Part shown: piece after piece, positions 51,636 through 64,000 of the stretch | How the letters are laid out: each line of letters starts with the position of its first letter | Numbering within the stretch: the first letter of the stretch is position 1 | Source: Octopus sinensis | Lineage: Eukaryota | DNA: 64,000 nt | Direction: 5' to 3' | Assembly: GCF_006345805.1 (NCBI RefSeq) | Contig: NC_043001.1 | Coordinates: 91,450,001-91,514,000 of the forward strand | Notes under the pieces: generated by a model | Database searches by the model: none | The model's input: only the letters and a program-made list of their open reading frames with translations | Told to the model about the DNA's origin: nothing | Made by a program: the position numbers and the translations under genes

Positions 51636-52795
51636 TGTATGTATGTATGTATGTATGTATGTATGTATGTATATATGTATATATAGCAGAATATCAAGAA
51701 AAGTCACAACTGAGGAGAGTACTTAATAGCTGTGATAAGGATAATGTAATAAGGAAGTCCATAGTTTCATACGATATACTTTGGTAGGTAGACGAACAGT
51801 GTTGCACGTAATTGACTTAGAAATCAGAGATACGTTCTTTACAGCTATTTCCAGAATGATTGGGTAATTGATGCAGTTTTGTGCATGTCGCCTGCATCGA
51901 AACTTTGTTGTGTCCTGTTCTATTTCTGTATCTATCACTTTATGCTTCCTCTTACGACGTCTCATAGCTATCCACCTATATTCATCTAATCCGCATTCAA
52001 CAGTGATCCTCATGCTTGCTTCATAAAGCTGTAGTTCTTATTCCATATCAAAAATGTATCTTTGGCTCCAAACCGCCATTGATACTATATTCTGCAATGC
52101 CATATTTCCCACACACCTAAAAGAGTATTTTCGCTATAGATCATGCTCCCCTTCCTGCCCCCACCCCACCACCCAAAAGCGAATAATGACTTTTTCATTG
52201 TTATCTCTCTTCCATATCTCTACTTCGCCCATCATGAAAACAATGGTCTTTGCTCCTCTACAATTTCCGAATGCATAACAGCTACTCGAAAACCCACAAA
52301 TTTAAACCACTTTCCCCTCATTACCACATCCATATTTTAAAATCTAACTATAAGTAGACATCACAAGATGGACTAGTTCGCAGCTGCATGCAGTGAGAGT
52401 ACTGTTAAATTTACGAATGATACAGTCGCTCACTGGGCCTAACGCTGAATGATTGTAGTCTCACAGCATGGCTTTTACGGTCTCCTTATTGGAGGCGTTG
52501 TTTGTGGTATTCGTATGACATGGTTTCACGGTTCCGTCTGTGATGGAGGCACGATAGGGTTTGCCCTCGAGGGTTAGTGGATTACGGTAACGGTGGTAAT
52601 GGAGGGGTAAATACTTCCAAAAGTACTTGCACTTTCTGAGGGTTACTTCTGTTTCAGTTCTGCACCGATGCCTGTCGAAGAATCAAGTTATAATTAAATA
52701 TAATTCGGAAGTGAACCACTCCTTGTATTTCATGGGAACTCGCTGCTCCCAATCAGGATGAAAAATAACTATATATAACGACAGAAATAGAAACA

Positions 52796-52861
<66 letters not shown>

Positions 52862-52944
52862 GCCGTGTGTTTCTATATTTATGCGAGTCGCGTTCGTGTA
52901 TGTGCATATGTGTATTCTTGTGTGTGCTTGTTATGCGCTTGTTT

Positions 52945-53023
<79 letters not shown>

Positions 53024-53621
53024 GGAACACATACACATACATATAAGTATACATGTGACTATATTTGTAAAACGTATACATGTACATATACACATATACA
53101 TACACGCATACACACACACATACATACATACATACATACATACATACATACATACATACATACATACATACATTCTTACATTCATACACATACACCTACT
53201 TATTTGACGACAAAAAGTAACCGCATATCTGTAGCTTTATATATAATTTCATACTAATATTTATAGCGCATGACTCATAAACAGAACGGCCCAATCTCAG
53301 CATTAGTTCTGGGCCCCTACATACGCCTAAATATTATTACATACTTGCTCATCATTAATTAGAAGAACCTATGATACCGCGAGGTATCTTCTGCTAACCC
53401 GATTGGGCTTTTTACTACTCGCCGTTAAGGCATGAATGAGAAAGATACATACACGCGCGCGCACGCACACACACACACTCACACACACACACACACACAC
53501 ACACACAACACACACACACACACACACACGAGTGAAAAAAAAATCATAAAAAGGCTGACAATAGATATCAGGTCATATTATAACAATATATTACCAATAC
53601 ACCACTATATAAAAAGAAAGT

Positions 53622-53872
53622 GGAGACGCGTGGCTTAGTGGTTAGGGTGTCAGCATCATGATCGTAAGATTGTGGTTTCGATTCCTAGACCGGGTGCCGC
53701 GTTGTGTTCTTGAGCAAAACACATCATTTCACGTGGCTCCAGTCCACTCAGCTGGCAAAAATGAGTAACGCTGCGATGGACTGGTGTCCCGTTCAGCTGG
53801 GGGGAACACATACGCCATTGAAACCGGGGAAACAGGGTCCATGAGCCTGGCTAAGCTTTAAAAAGGGCGCAT
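53622..53872 (+). mobile_element. SINE family D with V-SINE-like central domain
   Basis: A-box TGGCTTAGTGG, B-box GTTTCGATTCC, CTTGAGCAAAACAC and CTGCGATGGACTGGTGTCCCGTTCAG (53771-96), resembling the V domain (recall). Confidence 0.75.
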
Positions 53873-54640
53873 TTATTTTTTTTATATATATGAAGAAAAG
53901 TGTGACGGTGTGGTTAGAAGCTTGCTTCTCAACCACATTGTTCCAGGTTCAGTCCCAATGCGTGACACCTTGGGCAAGTGTCTTCTACTATAGCCTCAAG
54001 CCGATCAATGCCTTGTGAGTGGATTTGGTAGACGGAAACAGAAAGAAGTCCATCGTATATATATGTGTTTGTGTGTGTGTGTGTCTGTGTGTGTTATGTG
54101 TGCATAAGTGTCTTTGTGTTCGTGTTTTATGTCTCCCCCATCCCCACCACTTGACAATCTGTGTTGTTGTGTTTACATTCACGTAACTAGCGGTTCGGCA
54201 AAAGAGACCGATAAAATGGTCGCAGTCTAAGGACTGAAACAAGTAAGATAAACTAATATAAAATGATATATAAATGATTATATATAGCAGGGAAATGTCA
54301 CGACTGCAGAGAGTTCTTAAAAGTGATGTAATCTGACATTTTACACTTTTATTCTTTAATTCACAGCCTATGAGATGTGGCCATACTGGGCATCGCGATC
54401 AGTATCAAAACGACGGTGCTATTTTTTCCCCAAAACCCAACTTAACAGGATGTGCATGAAGTTTTCATACTTTATTCCATCGTTGTTATTGTTGTTTGCC
54501 CATTTACATGGAGGTGAGAACTGCACTCGCGTACAACGAGAATTATTAGTGATAAAATAAGTACTTATTAAGGACTGGAGTCGTTGTAATTGACCAGCTC
54601 CTTCCCTACAAATTTCAGGGCTTGTACCTAAAGTAGAAAG

Positions 54641-54697
<57 letters not shown>

Positions 54698-54994
54698 CAT
54701 TATTACTGTTGCTTTAAGGCGGCGAGCTGGCAGAATCGCTAGCAAGCCGGGCAAAATGTTTCGTCTGTCGCTTACGTTCTCAATTAAAATTCCGCCGAAG
54801 TCGACTTCGCCTTTTATTCTTCCGGAATCAATGAAATAAGTACCAGTTACGCACTGAGGTCGACGTAATCGACCGGCTCCCTTCCCCCAAATTTTCAGGC
54901 CTTGTGCCTTTAATAGAGAGGATTATTATTATTATTGCTTTAAGGTGGCGAGTTGGCAGAATCGTTAGCACGCTGGGCAAAACGCTTTGCGGTG

Positions 54995-55262
54995 ACATAG
55001 GCGCTGATGATAAGGAGGAGGAGAAGGGGAGAAAGAGAAGGACAAGGAGAAAGAGGAGAAGAATAAGAAAGAGAAGGAAAAGGAGGAGAAGGATATGGAG
55101 ACGGGAGATAAGGAAGACGGAGAAGATAAAGAGGAGGAGAAGAAGGAGAAGGAGGAGTAAGAAGAAGAAGAGGTTAAGGAGGACGAGGATACGGAGGTGG
55201 GGATAAGGTGGACGAGAAGGATAAGGAAGAGGAGGAGGAGGAGGAGCAAGAGGAGGGATGCA
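54995..55262. repeat. Polypurine (AGG/AGA) low-complexity tract
   Basis: Almost exclusively A/G on the plus strand. Confidence 0.9.
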
Positions 55263-56083
55263 GTTAAAATGATGACACGGTGTTGTTATAAATGAATATT
55301 AAGCTTAGTCACACCTTCTGCTTGATGATAAGCTTTCTTAATCAGACTCAATAAAACTCACCAGGTGATCTGACATTTGTCCCTCTAGAGGGCGTCACTA
55401 GCGGGCTGTAAGCGTCTGCTTGTGTAGGTGGCATTCAGTTATCGGAAGGATGAAAAAACAATAACAGCAAAAATGATGAGGGCAACAACAACAACAAGAA
55501 AAAATATACTGATAATAATTGCTCAAACGTTGACACAAAGCCAGCAATTTTGACTTGGTTAGAGTAGTTGATACCAGCTTATTTATATCAATACTGGATG
55601 GATGGAAGACAAAGTTGACCCCGGCAAGAATTGAACTTGGAACGTTAAGAATTAGAAAAATATCGAGAGGAATTCTGTTCAACAGCAACAACAATTTCTC
55701 AAGGGCTCAAAGATAACAAGAACAAGATATAAACATAATAATAATAATTTCAAGCCCTGAAATTTGTGGGGAAGTGGGGGTTAGTTTATTGCACCGACCC
55801 CAAGTGCTTGACTGGTATTTAATTTATTGACCATGAAAAAATGATAAGTAAAGTAGATCTCGGCGGAATTTGAACTCAGAAAGAAAAGTCAGAAGGAATG
55901 CCGCTAAGCATTTTGCCAGGTGCGGTAACAATTCTGCCAGCTCAGGTACAATAATGCTTCGATGTGAGGATATTAGTCAATGCCATCGATCCAAGGACTT
56001 GACTGATACTTCATTTTAATAGTCCTGAAAAAGATGAAAGGAAAAGTCGACGTCCGTGTAATTCGAACTCAGAACGTAAAGAG

Positions 56084-56508
56084 CTCTTTTATTCTTTTAA
56101 TTGTTTCAGTCATTTGACTGCGGCCGGCCCGGCCATGTAGGAGCACCACTTGTAGTCGAGCAAATCGACCCCAGGACTTATTCTTTGTAAGCCTAGTACT
56201 TATTCTATCGGTCTCTTCCACTGAACCGCTAAGTTACGGGGACTTAAACACACCAGCATCGGTTGCCAAGCGATGTTCGGGTGACAAACACAGACACACA
56301 AACATATACACACACGTATATATATACATATACATATGTGTGTATATATATATACATATATACGATGGGCTTTTTTCAGTTTCCGTCTACCAAACCCACT
56401 CACAAGGCTTTGGTCGGCCCGAGGCTATAGTAGAAGACACTTGTCCAAGGTGCCACGCAGTGGGACTGAACCCTGAACCATGTGGTTGGTAAGCAAGCTA
56501 CTTACCAC
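56084..56508 (-). mobile_element. SINE family A, full length
   Basis: Near-consensus reverse complement. Confidence 0.9.
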
Positions 56509-57534
56509 TGCAGAGCGTTTTGTCCGATGACCTAACGTTTTCGTCAGACTCTGCATTGAATTCAATCAAATTTCTTCGACCACCTCCCTCCGTCAAGCAA
56601 TTAAAGAGATCACACATGGCGCTTGACGAACTCACTTTACCCGATATTAAGCAGCCATGAGGATAATTTATGATTGTATGTATCGGATATTGGAGTTATA
56701 GATTAAAAGATTCCATGACAGCAATTATTTATTAGTTAATCTAAACCGAAGATCTAGTTTGTATACTTTTAGACAGCAACAGACGTTGCTAGCATACTAT
56801 TCGCTTCTTCGCCAACTCTTTTTTCATAATCACTTTCAATGGTGGCAGTGGTGGTGTTGGTGGTCTCGATGGTGGTAGCGGTGGTGGTGGTGGTGGTGGT
56901 GGTACTAGTAGAGGTAGTTGTTTTTGTTATAGTAGCAGCAGCACCAGCACCAGTAGCAGCCGTCCAAGAATTTGGACCTGGAGATTTCCATTTCCAGCGA
57001 CTTCGAGGGCCACCTCCCAGTGGTGTCGGGCGTCAACGAAGAGCCCTCGACTACAACAAGACGACCAAAGTTTTTTTTTTTCCAAGGTCTGGGGTCTCCT
57101 GCCCCTAAATCGTAGACCATCACCTAATCACCCTTATCCGTCTTGTTGCTTAACAAAAACGACAACAACATCAGTAGCAACAGCTGTAGCAGCACCTTCA
57201 CCAGCTGTATCAATAGCAGTAGCAGTAGCTGTAGTAGTAGTGGTGGTGGTGATGGTGGTGGTGGTCGTAGTAGTAGTAGTAGTAGTAGTTGTTGTTGTTG
57301 TTGTAGAAGTAGTAGTAATGTTTAGACCCCGGTGTGACACCCATCTAGCAGACACACTATCAAATGCATTTCAGCTGTAAACATTCCATCTTTTTAAGGT
57401 TATCTAGTTCTCCGCAATACAGATAAATATAGTGGATAAATTGAAGTGGAAGCTACACCTTTTGTTAAAATACAATTTAGACACGCCATGGAATATATAA
57501 AACAAAGAATTAAATAATAGTATCAATAATAGTC

Positions 57535-57547
57535 ATGATGATGATAG

Positions 57548-57586
<39 letters not shown>

Positions 57587-57856
57587 CGACGACGACGACG
57601 ACGATGATGATGATGATGATGATGATGATGAATGATGATGATGATGGTGGTGGTGGTGATGATGATGGTGATGGTGATGATGATGATGTTGGTGATGACG
57701 ACGTCGATGACGATGATGATGATGGTGATGACGACGTCGATGACGATGATGATGATGGTGATGACGACGTCGATGACGATGATTATGATGGTGATGACGA
57801 TGATGAAGATGGTGATGATACTGCTGCTGCTGCTGCTGATGATGATGATGATGACT
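57535..57856. repeat. (GAT/GAC/GGT)n microsatellite with a 33-bp higher-order unit repeated three times (57691-57789)
   Basis: GGTGATGACGACGTCGATGACGATGATGATGAT x3, the third with one mismatch. Confidence 0.9.
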
Positions 57857-57899
57857 ACTCCCGTCGGTTTCGACGTGTGCGTGTTTGAAGGAAGCGATT

Positions 57900-58790
57900 A
57901 AAAAAAAAAGAGGGGGAAGATTGAAAATAAAAGAACTTGCGTCTATTTGTGATGGATGCATGAATGTAATTTGGCCATACGAACAAATTTTCAGAATGCG
58001 ATCAACCTTCATTCGAACATATCTTACCACCTGCAGCGAATTCTCAGCAGCATGCTTTTTTTATTATTGGAGATATCGCATTTTTCTAAAATTTTGGCAT
58101 TTGATATCTTATCTTGCCACTTTATGTTGCAGATATTGTGCAGATGACACATGTAAAAAAAAAGGTTTCAAGTTTCTTTATATGTCTGTAGTAGAGAGTT
58201 CATGCTTCTGCCCCGTGCAAAAGTGTACACAAAATACAAGATCTGTACACAGCTTAGTTTTTAAATAGATACCGTGGTCATCCCAGTGATGATGGGAAAG
58301 TTTCCCAGAATCACTTGTAGCTTTTGTTATTCTAACATTGATTTCATCATCAAGAGTATTCTTAAAGTCCTGTTTAGTTCCAGTGGTGACAGAAAACGCC
58401 TCTGAACATTGATTGTTTGATATTGTTGCCATTATTCCTTCCTTACACAAAGATATCATTATCCTTATCATTTCATTCTTCCAGGAAGACCAACCTCTGA
58501 CAAAATTTTTCAGAGTGCCTCACGATTCACAAATTTTTCTGAGCAGTTTTCTTAGAGGAAGAGTATAAGGATCTGACCGATAGTGAGTTTTTATTTTAGA
58601 TCCATGCCTTGAGTCTTTTGTGCATAGTTTTTAGGTGAGATTTGATTAGAATCATTTTCATCGAACCAATCTTGAGGCTTGCGTCTGAGGAATCCCAGAA
58701 CTTCAGCAGATGATTTGATGCTGTCTCAAATATTATGTCACAAAACTTCAGGATCATTGCTTTCCTATATATTCTCAAGCTTTTAAAAAT
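57900..58790 (-). pseudogene. BovB-like RTE LINE remnant, heavily deleted
   Basis: LGFLRRKPQDWFDEND; MIRIMISLCKEGIMATISNN..SEAFSVTTGTKQ; TLDDEINVRITKA..WDDHGIYLKTK. Confidence 0.7.
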
Positions 58791-58853
58791 TCATTTGTCG
58801 TTTTCGAATATTTTTAAAAGACACACTTATTCTCGGAGGTATGTTGGATCTCA

Positions 58854-60439
58854 ATGGCCTCTTTGTATATTAGTGCTGCCCGAGTCATAGAAGCGATCTG
58901 CCTAAGGTCTGGGAGGCGGCACAGGTTGCCCAGAAGAGGTGCTCATCACGTTAAAGTTGATGAGGAAATGCGAGCCAAGCTTCAGGTGATTATTGATGCT
59001 AACCCACTCGCAAAGCTTCAACAGGTGAAGAGGGACTTAGAGGCAGCATTTCCCGGAAAGCCGCCTGTTTCCGTATCTGCAATCTCACGGGTTCTAGATG
59101 GGATGTTGATAACTATCAAGTTGGCAGAAGACGTAGCATATGCAAGAAATTCCCTAAGAACTTTGGAAAAGCGTTATGAGTACGCGCTTTTTCATGGAAG
59201 AGGGTGTTGTTGGCCATTGCGGATTCATTGATGAATGTGGGCACAACATTTGGACCAGTTAGTTTTTTGGATCAAGCCCCTTGAGGCGTTCCCGTTCGAC
59301 GAGTTGTCAACGGTTAGCATGGTAAAAACCGCAATGTTACTTTCGCGGAGTCGTGAGAAATCGGCTTTGTTCACCACTCCATTGTGAACGATACCGTTCG
59401 AGGATTCTTGGCAGAAACAGCTCGATGATGTGTCGACATGTTCCCAGCGGATGAATCCGTCTACTTGGTCTAGAACAACGCGCAGCCACACGTTCGTGCC
59501 GATCTCCCAACTGATGCCGACCTACGTATCAGTCTGAAACTCCTGTCTCCCAACTCACCGTTTCTGATTTGCACGGAAATGGTGCATTCTGCTTTTAAGG
59601 CGGTTGTCAAGCAGGACCTCGCTCGAACTGAGTTGCAGCAAAGGGCTGGCGACCGGGTAGCTGCAGAAGAAGACGGCATGATCATGGGAAAATGGCGAGC
59701 ACATGTCATATAACAGGTCGTAAGGTCTAACATTAACGCTATCACACTAGAAAATTGTGTTCGTTTGTATAGACACATCCAGAATTACCTCCCGAGATGC
59801 CACGTCCGCCAGGAAATTGACGGCTTAATCCTCTCAAACGAACTCTCCTTATCAAGACTGTAAATCAATAATTAAAGAAAAAGAATTCGAAATCAAAGAA
59901 ATATATACTTTTCCTAAGAATGCATATTTTGCAAAAGAAGGACATATCACGACATAATGTATTCAAAATCAAAGAAAATGAGCATTTGTTGTAATTGTGA
60001 GTTTCTTTAAAAAGATTCAAAAGGCTGGAATGTGATTTCATGAAGTCTTTTACAATAAATGTTCCTATGCAAAAAATAAAATACATAGAAAAGACATGGG
60101 CACGATAGAATTCTTAAAGCATAAACAATGGATGAAAACACAGGATTTAGATAACAGTGATCATGAGATAAAACCAAAACAGCAACCGTGCTAATCTGAT
60201 TGCTCGAAGTGGTAAATAGAGTGCTCCGAAACGAATTTGAATACTCAAAAAGATGCTTCCTCGCATTGCCACTAACTTGAAAATAACGAGCATTTTAATT
60301 TGAACGATGCAAACGAATTCTTAGACCGAAGTGCGAAATTGAATGACTAACTTCATGGCGCTAATATTTTTCGCGACTTTCAATGACCGGATTATCAAAT
60401 TCACTGACAAACGTACGAAAATGACTGCAAAAACCTATA
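58854..60439 (+). mobile_element. IS630-like Tc1/mariner-superfamily element (DD33E spacing), inactivated
   Basis: HTH region (ORF 58854-59231), FIDECGHNIWT, YLV*[N]NAQPH, LSPNSPFLICTE. A possible right end ...ATGACTGCAAAAACC|TA lies near 60437; the left end was not found. Confidence 0.75.
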
Positions 60440-60468
60440 ATAATAATTATATACTGCTGCTGCTGCTG

Positions 60469-60509
<41 letters not shown>

Positions 60510-60656
60510 GCTACTGCTGCTGCTGCTGCTGCTGCTACCACAACCACCACCACCACCACGAAAGGTGTCATGGTCAGACAAGGTGATTCGGCTCATTGCT
60601 TGCAACAAAGAGAACTTGATTAAAGGTACTCGAGAGCCTGGGTGGCTGTGTTCCCA

Positions 60657-60688
<32 letters not shown>

Positions 60689-61234
60689 ACCACCACCACC
60701 ACCACCACCACCACCGCCGCCGCCAACTACTACTACTACTACTACAACAATTAGAATCTAAAAGTCCGAAGTAAATACCAAAATGTATCTTTCCCGATTC
60801 TTTACCAATTTTGCCACCCCATCGCGCTGAATTATCATTTTATTACATCGACCCTGAAATGAGGAATTGCAAAGCTGACCTCGGCAGGATTTGAAATCAG
60901 AGTACAGATATCCAGAACAAGTACTTAAGGACATTTTGTCAAACGCTCTAATGATACTGCCAGTATATCATAAGATAACTTCGATGATGTTAGATTTCCT
61001 ATAGAAACCCGACAAAATATGCGAGGCTAATTAGGATAAAATGCTGTTTAAAGTATAAAGGGCCACACGTATAGAGAGAAGAGGTGGGCGAGTAAGGTTT
61101 TGACAACTGCGGTTCTGAGAAGAATTGGAGAGAGTGGAGTCTTGAAGAAGGGGTAGAACAGTTAGCGACTATAAAAGGAGAGATAAGGTCACCGAGTAGG
61201 TTTAGGCAATGCACACACACACAGATACACACAC

Positions 61235-61319
<85 letters not shown>

Positions 61320-61571
61320 GGGGAGGGGTAGGGAGAGAGAGTGAGAATGAATGTATGCATATATATGTGTAATTCAGTGTGCATACATACACACACGTAT
61401 GTTTGTATATGTTAGGGTTGTTGTCAGTAAGTTCATAGACACAGACAAGACTGTAATTCGAGAAGAAAAAGATGGGGGACCAAGATCAATGGTGGGGAAG
61501 AAGCTGTTAATAAGTGTAGGGCTTGTCTATAAGGCAGACGGCTTGACTCTTGGGTGCAGTGCGAAATGACG

Positions 61572-61661
<90 letters not shown>

Positions 61662-62289
61662 TGTGTGAGTGTACAAGCATGGCAGTGTCTTTTAGGAGCT
61701 CGCTACGTATTCATGAAGTTTTGGGTTCGATACCAGTGCGTGGACCTTGTGTGCGTTTCCTTTATCATGTCTCGTGAGTGTAAGTGGATAAGCAGACTGT
61801 CGGATGGATTGTACCTCTGACTCGAAAGTTTCTGCCTCATCTTACGTAGTGTCGTGCTGATTCTGTCTGAGAGTTAAAGGTACACGTGTCTGTGAATCAC
61901 TCAGCGACATATACTCTAAATTCAGTTCAGTTGATCGAACAAATGGATTACTCGTCATGGAAACCGACAGAAAGACATGGGAAATTTCACAGGGATGCCT
62001 TCTGCAGGAAAAACACATATAGTTAGGTGGGGTTATCATACTTTATGTCTAAAGTCTTGGTCAGTATGAATAAAATAATGTTTCGCTGAGGAGGCCTTAT
62101 AAGGTAGAAACACGTCCGGAGCTATCACCCATATTTATCAAAGATATAATTCATTCGACACTGCATGCATTCAACCTTAAATCAATATGAATATCAGTAT
62201 TTTTTCTCTTGCTTTTAGCAAAGATAATCATTATTGCTAATAATTTTTCTCTTAATTACGGATGTTACGTTTATTGATTACTACATTTA

Positions 62290-62690
62290 ATATGTTTGCC
62301 ATTTAACTCAAAGCCCTTCGCTCCCAATGGAGAATAGGCCATCGACAATTTTTCTCCATTCTTCTCATATCTAGATTGCCTCTTTTACTTCTCTTATGGG
62401 TTCCAGGTGAGGACCTGACATGTCACTGAGAACAAATCTTCTTCTCCCAGATTTTGCTGATTTTAAATTGTCATCGACGATTGTGTTATTTTCTCTTCTT
62501 TCAAAGTAGACATCTTTTCCCTAAGCAAAGTCATTTTACCACCAGGAAGAGTAGGTCCGTATTAGTCTGGTCTCTATCATTTCACCTGTCCAGCGTGAGG
62601 GGGCCCTAGAAGAAGCTTGTATTCCACTGGCATATACCTCATGGCCGTTGAAGCAAACAAGTCACTACACCGCAACAAGGATTGGACCTC
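62290..62690 (-). mobile_element. Internally deleted RTE element (5' UTR fused to 3' end)
   Basis: Minus strand CCTTGTTGCGGTGTAG...AGGGCCCCCTCACGCTGGACAGGTGAAATGATAGAGACCAGACTAA (RTE 5' UTR-like) and ATTGTCGATGGCCTATTCTCC...GAGCGAAGGGC (RTE 3' end-like). Confidence 0.55.
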
Positions 62691-63470
62691 TTAGTTGAAG
62701 TCCGCCCCATTTTCGTATAAATTGTGATCTGGAGCTTTATGTGAACAAAAACTGAGATGCGATAACGGACTGGGGAATCTCACCTTGAAAAGCAATTAAG
62801 AAGTGATGAAACATGCTTCTTTTCAGTGGTTTACTATCGCCTGACATTCTTCTCTTAGAAGACACCTCTTTAAATCACAGTGCCTTCCCTTCCAGTTTAG
62901 GAGAAGAGAAATGTAACATTTTCAAAAGGTAGATTTACTGCCAGCAACGACCCCACGGAAATCTCAATAACACATCGTTACAGTTGGACAGCCATGTGAT
63001 AAAGGTAAGAAATTTTCAGAGACTGATATCAAAATGTACCTTAGTAATCCTTTCCAAAAGAAGAACAATTGCTAAAAGTTTCATGGAATGCTCCGATTTA
63101 GCCAAATGTTTTATCACGTTTGATTATTAAATTTTATATTATTTATATATATATCTTTAGCTGCAGACGTAACTACATGGTAAAAAGTTTCCTTCCCAAA
63201 CACATGGTTCCAGGTTCAGTCCCAGCTGCATGAACTAAAAGTTGGAGGAGGACGAGATGAATTACCTGCATCTGCTTGCTATAAAAACAGGCAGTAATTT
63301 TGGAAGAGATGCCTTGCAGGTCTAACAGTTAGATGGAAGAGCATCGTAGAAAATGAAGGAAAGTATATTTTAGTTTAATAAAGAACGTTATCTTACTTTT
63401 GAAAAATAAAATAAGTATAAAAGACCGCATTATTCATGGGATTACCAAAAATATATGTGTGTGTGTATAC

Positions 63471-63503
<33 letters not shown>

Positions 63504-64000
63504 ATTATATATATATATATATAGATATATATATATATATATGTATATAAAAAATTCAAGGTGAATACTTGATAACAGTAAGCACCTGTATACGCCAGTT
63601 AGTGGTGTAGGTGATAGAGTATATTTATCAAAAGAAAAACAGGATGCAAAGGATTTAGCGGTACATATGTTTCTGGCTTTATTAGACAGTTTATATCAAT
63701 GCATAATTGATGTAATATGTATGTCAATAGCTTTCTTCAGCTGCGCACAATTACCACACCAAAGACATGTATTACATTATAAGTTTGGGAAGCAAATCCT
63801 TATAGTCGCATACAGCACAGCGAGACACCAAAACAAAAACAAAGCGTCCATACCGTCTTTCACTCGATATATATATGTATATATGTACATATATATATAT
63901 ATATATCTTTGGTCATCCCATAAATAATGTATATATATATATATATAATATATATATATATAATATATATATATATATAACGGGAAGCTTTATGAAAATA

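Noticed and set aside
51720-52300. Possible Harbinger nuclease traces (RITVECG...RW)
   Set aside because: Only a few weak residues match; not supportable without a search.
54904-55249. Arg/Lys-rich and Ser-rich ORFs
   Set aside because: Translations of a polypurine simple repeat.
57533-58030. Poly-His/Asp/Met ORFs
   Set aside because: Derived from the (GAT)n family of repeats.

Overview
Eukaryotic, AT-rich, microsatellite-saturated, non-genic DNA with a 100-N assembly gap at 25308-25407. The tRNA-derived SINE families and repeat landscape point to an octopus (Octopus sp.); this is inferred from recalled repeat families, not from a database search. I find no intact host protein-coding gene, rRNA, real tRNA or CRISPR array, and nearly all listed ORFs are translations of (TA)n/(CA)n/(ACAT)n/(ATCT)n/triplet repeats. 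The window is a transposon graveyard: dozens of copies of about five SINE families, decayed LINEs (RTE, BovB-like RTE, CR1-like, L1/Tx1-like), several Tc1/mariner elements (one with an apparent spliceosomal intron, one IS630-like DD33E), Chapaev-like and hAT-like remnants, and several MITEs. The most notable signal is a set of minimal type I hammerhead-ribozyme motifs in four unrelated non-coding, Penelope-terminal-repeat/retrozyme-like repeats (5249-5413, 15665-15760, 25994-26028 plus 51479-51513, 28315-28397), all with palindromic or near-palindromic stem III. Also notable: a Mutator-type MITE that captured a mariner transposase fragment, a mariner fold-back with junction microhomology, and a 3' stem-loop shared between the commonest SINE and a CR1-like LINE. 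Coordinates of decayed repeats are approximate.
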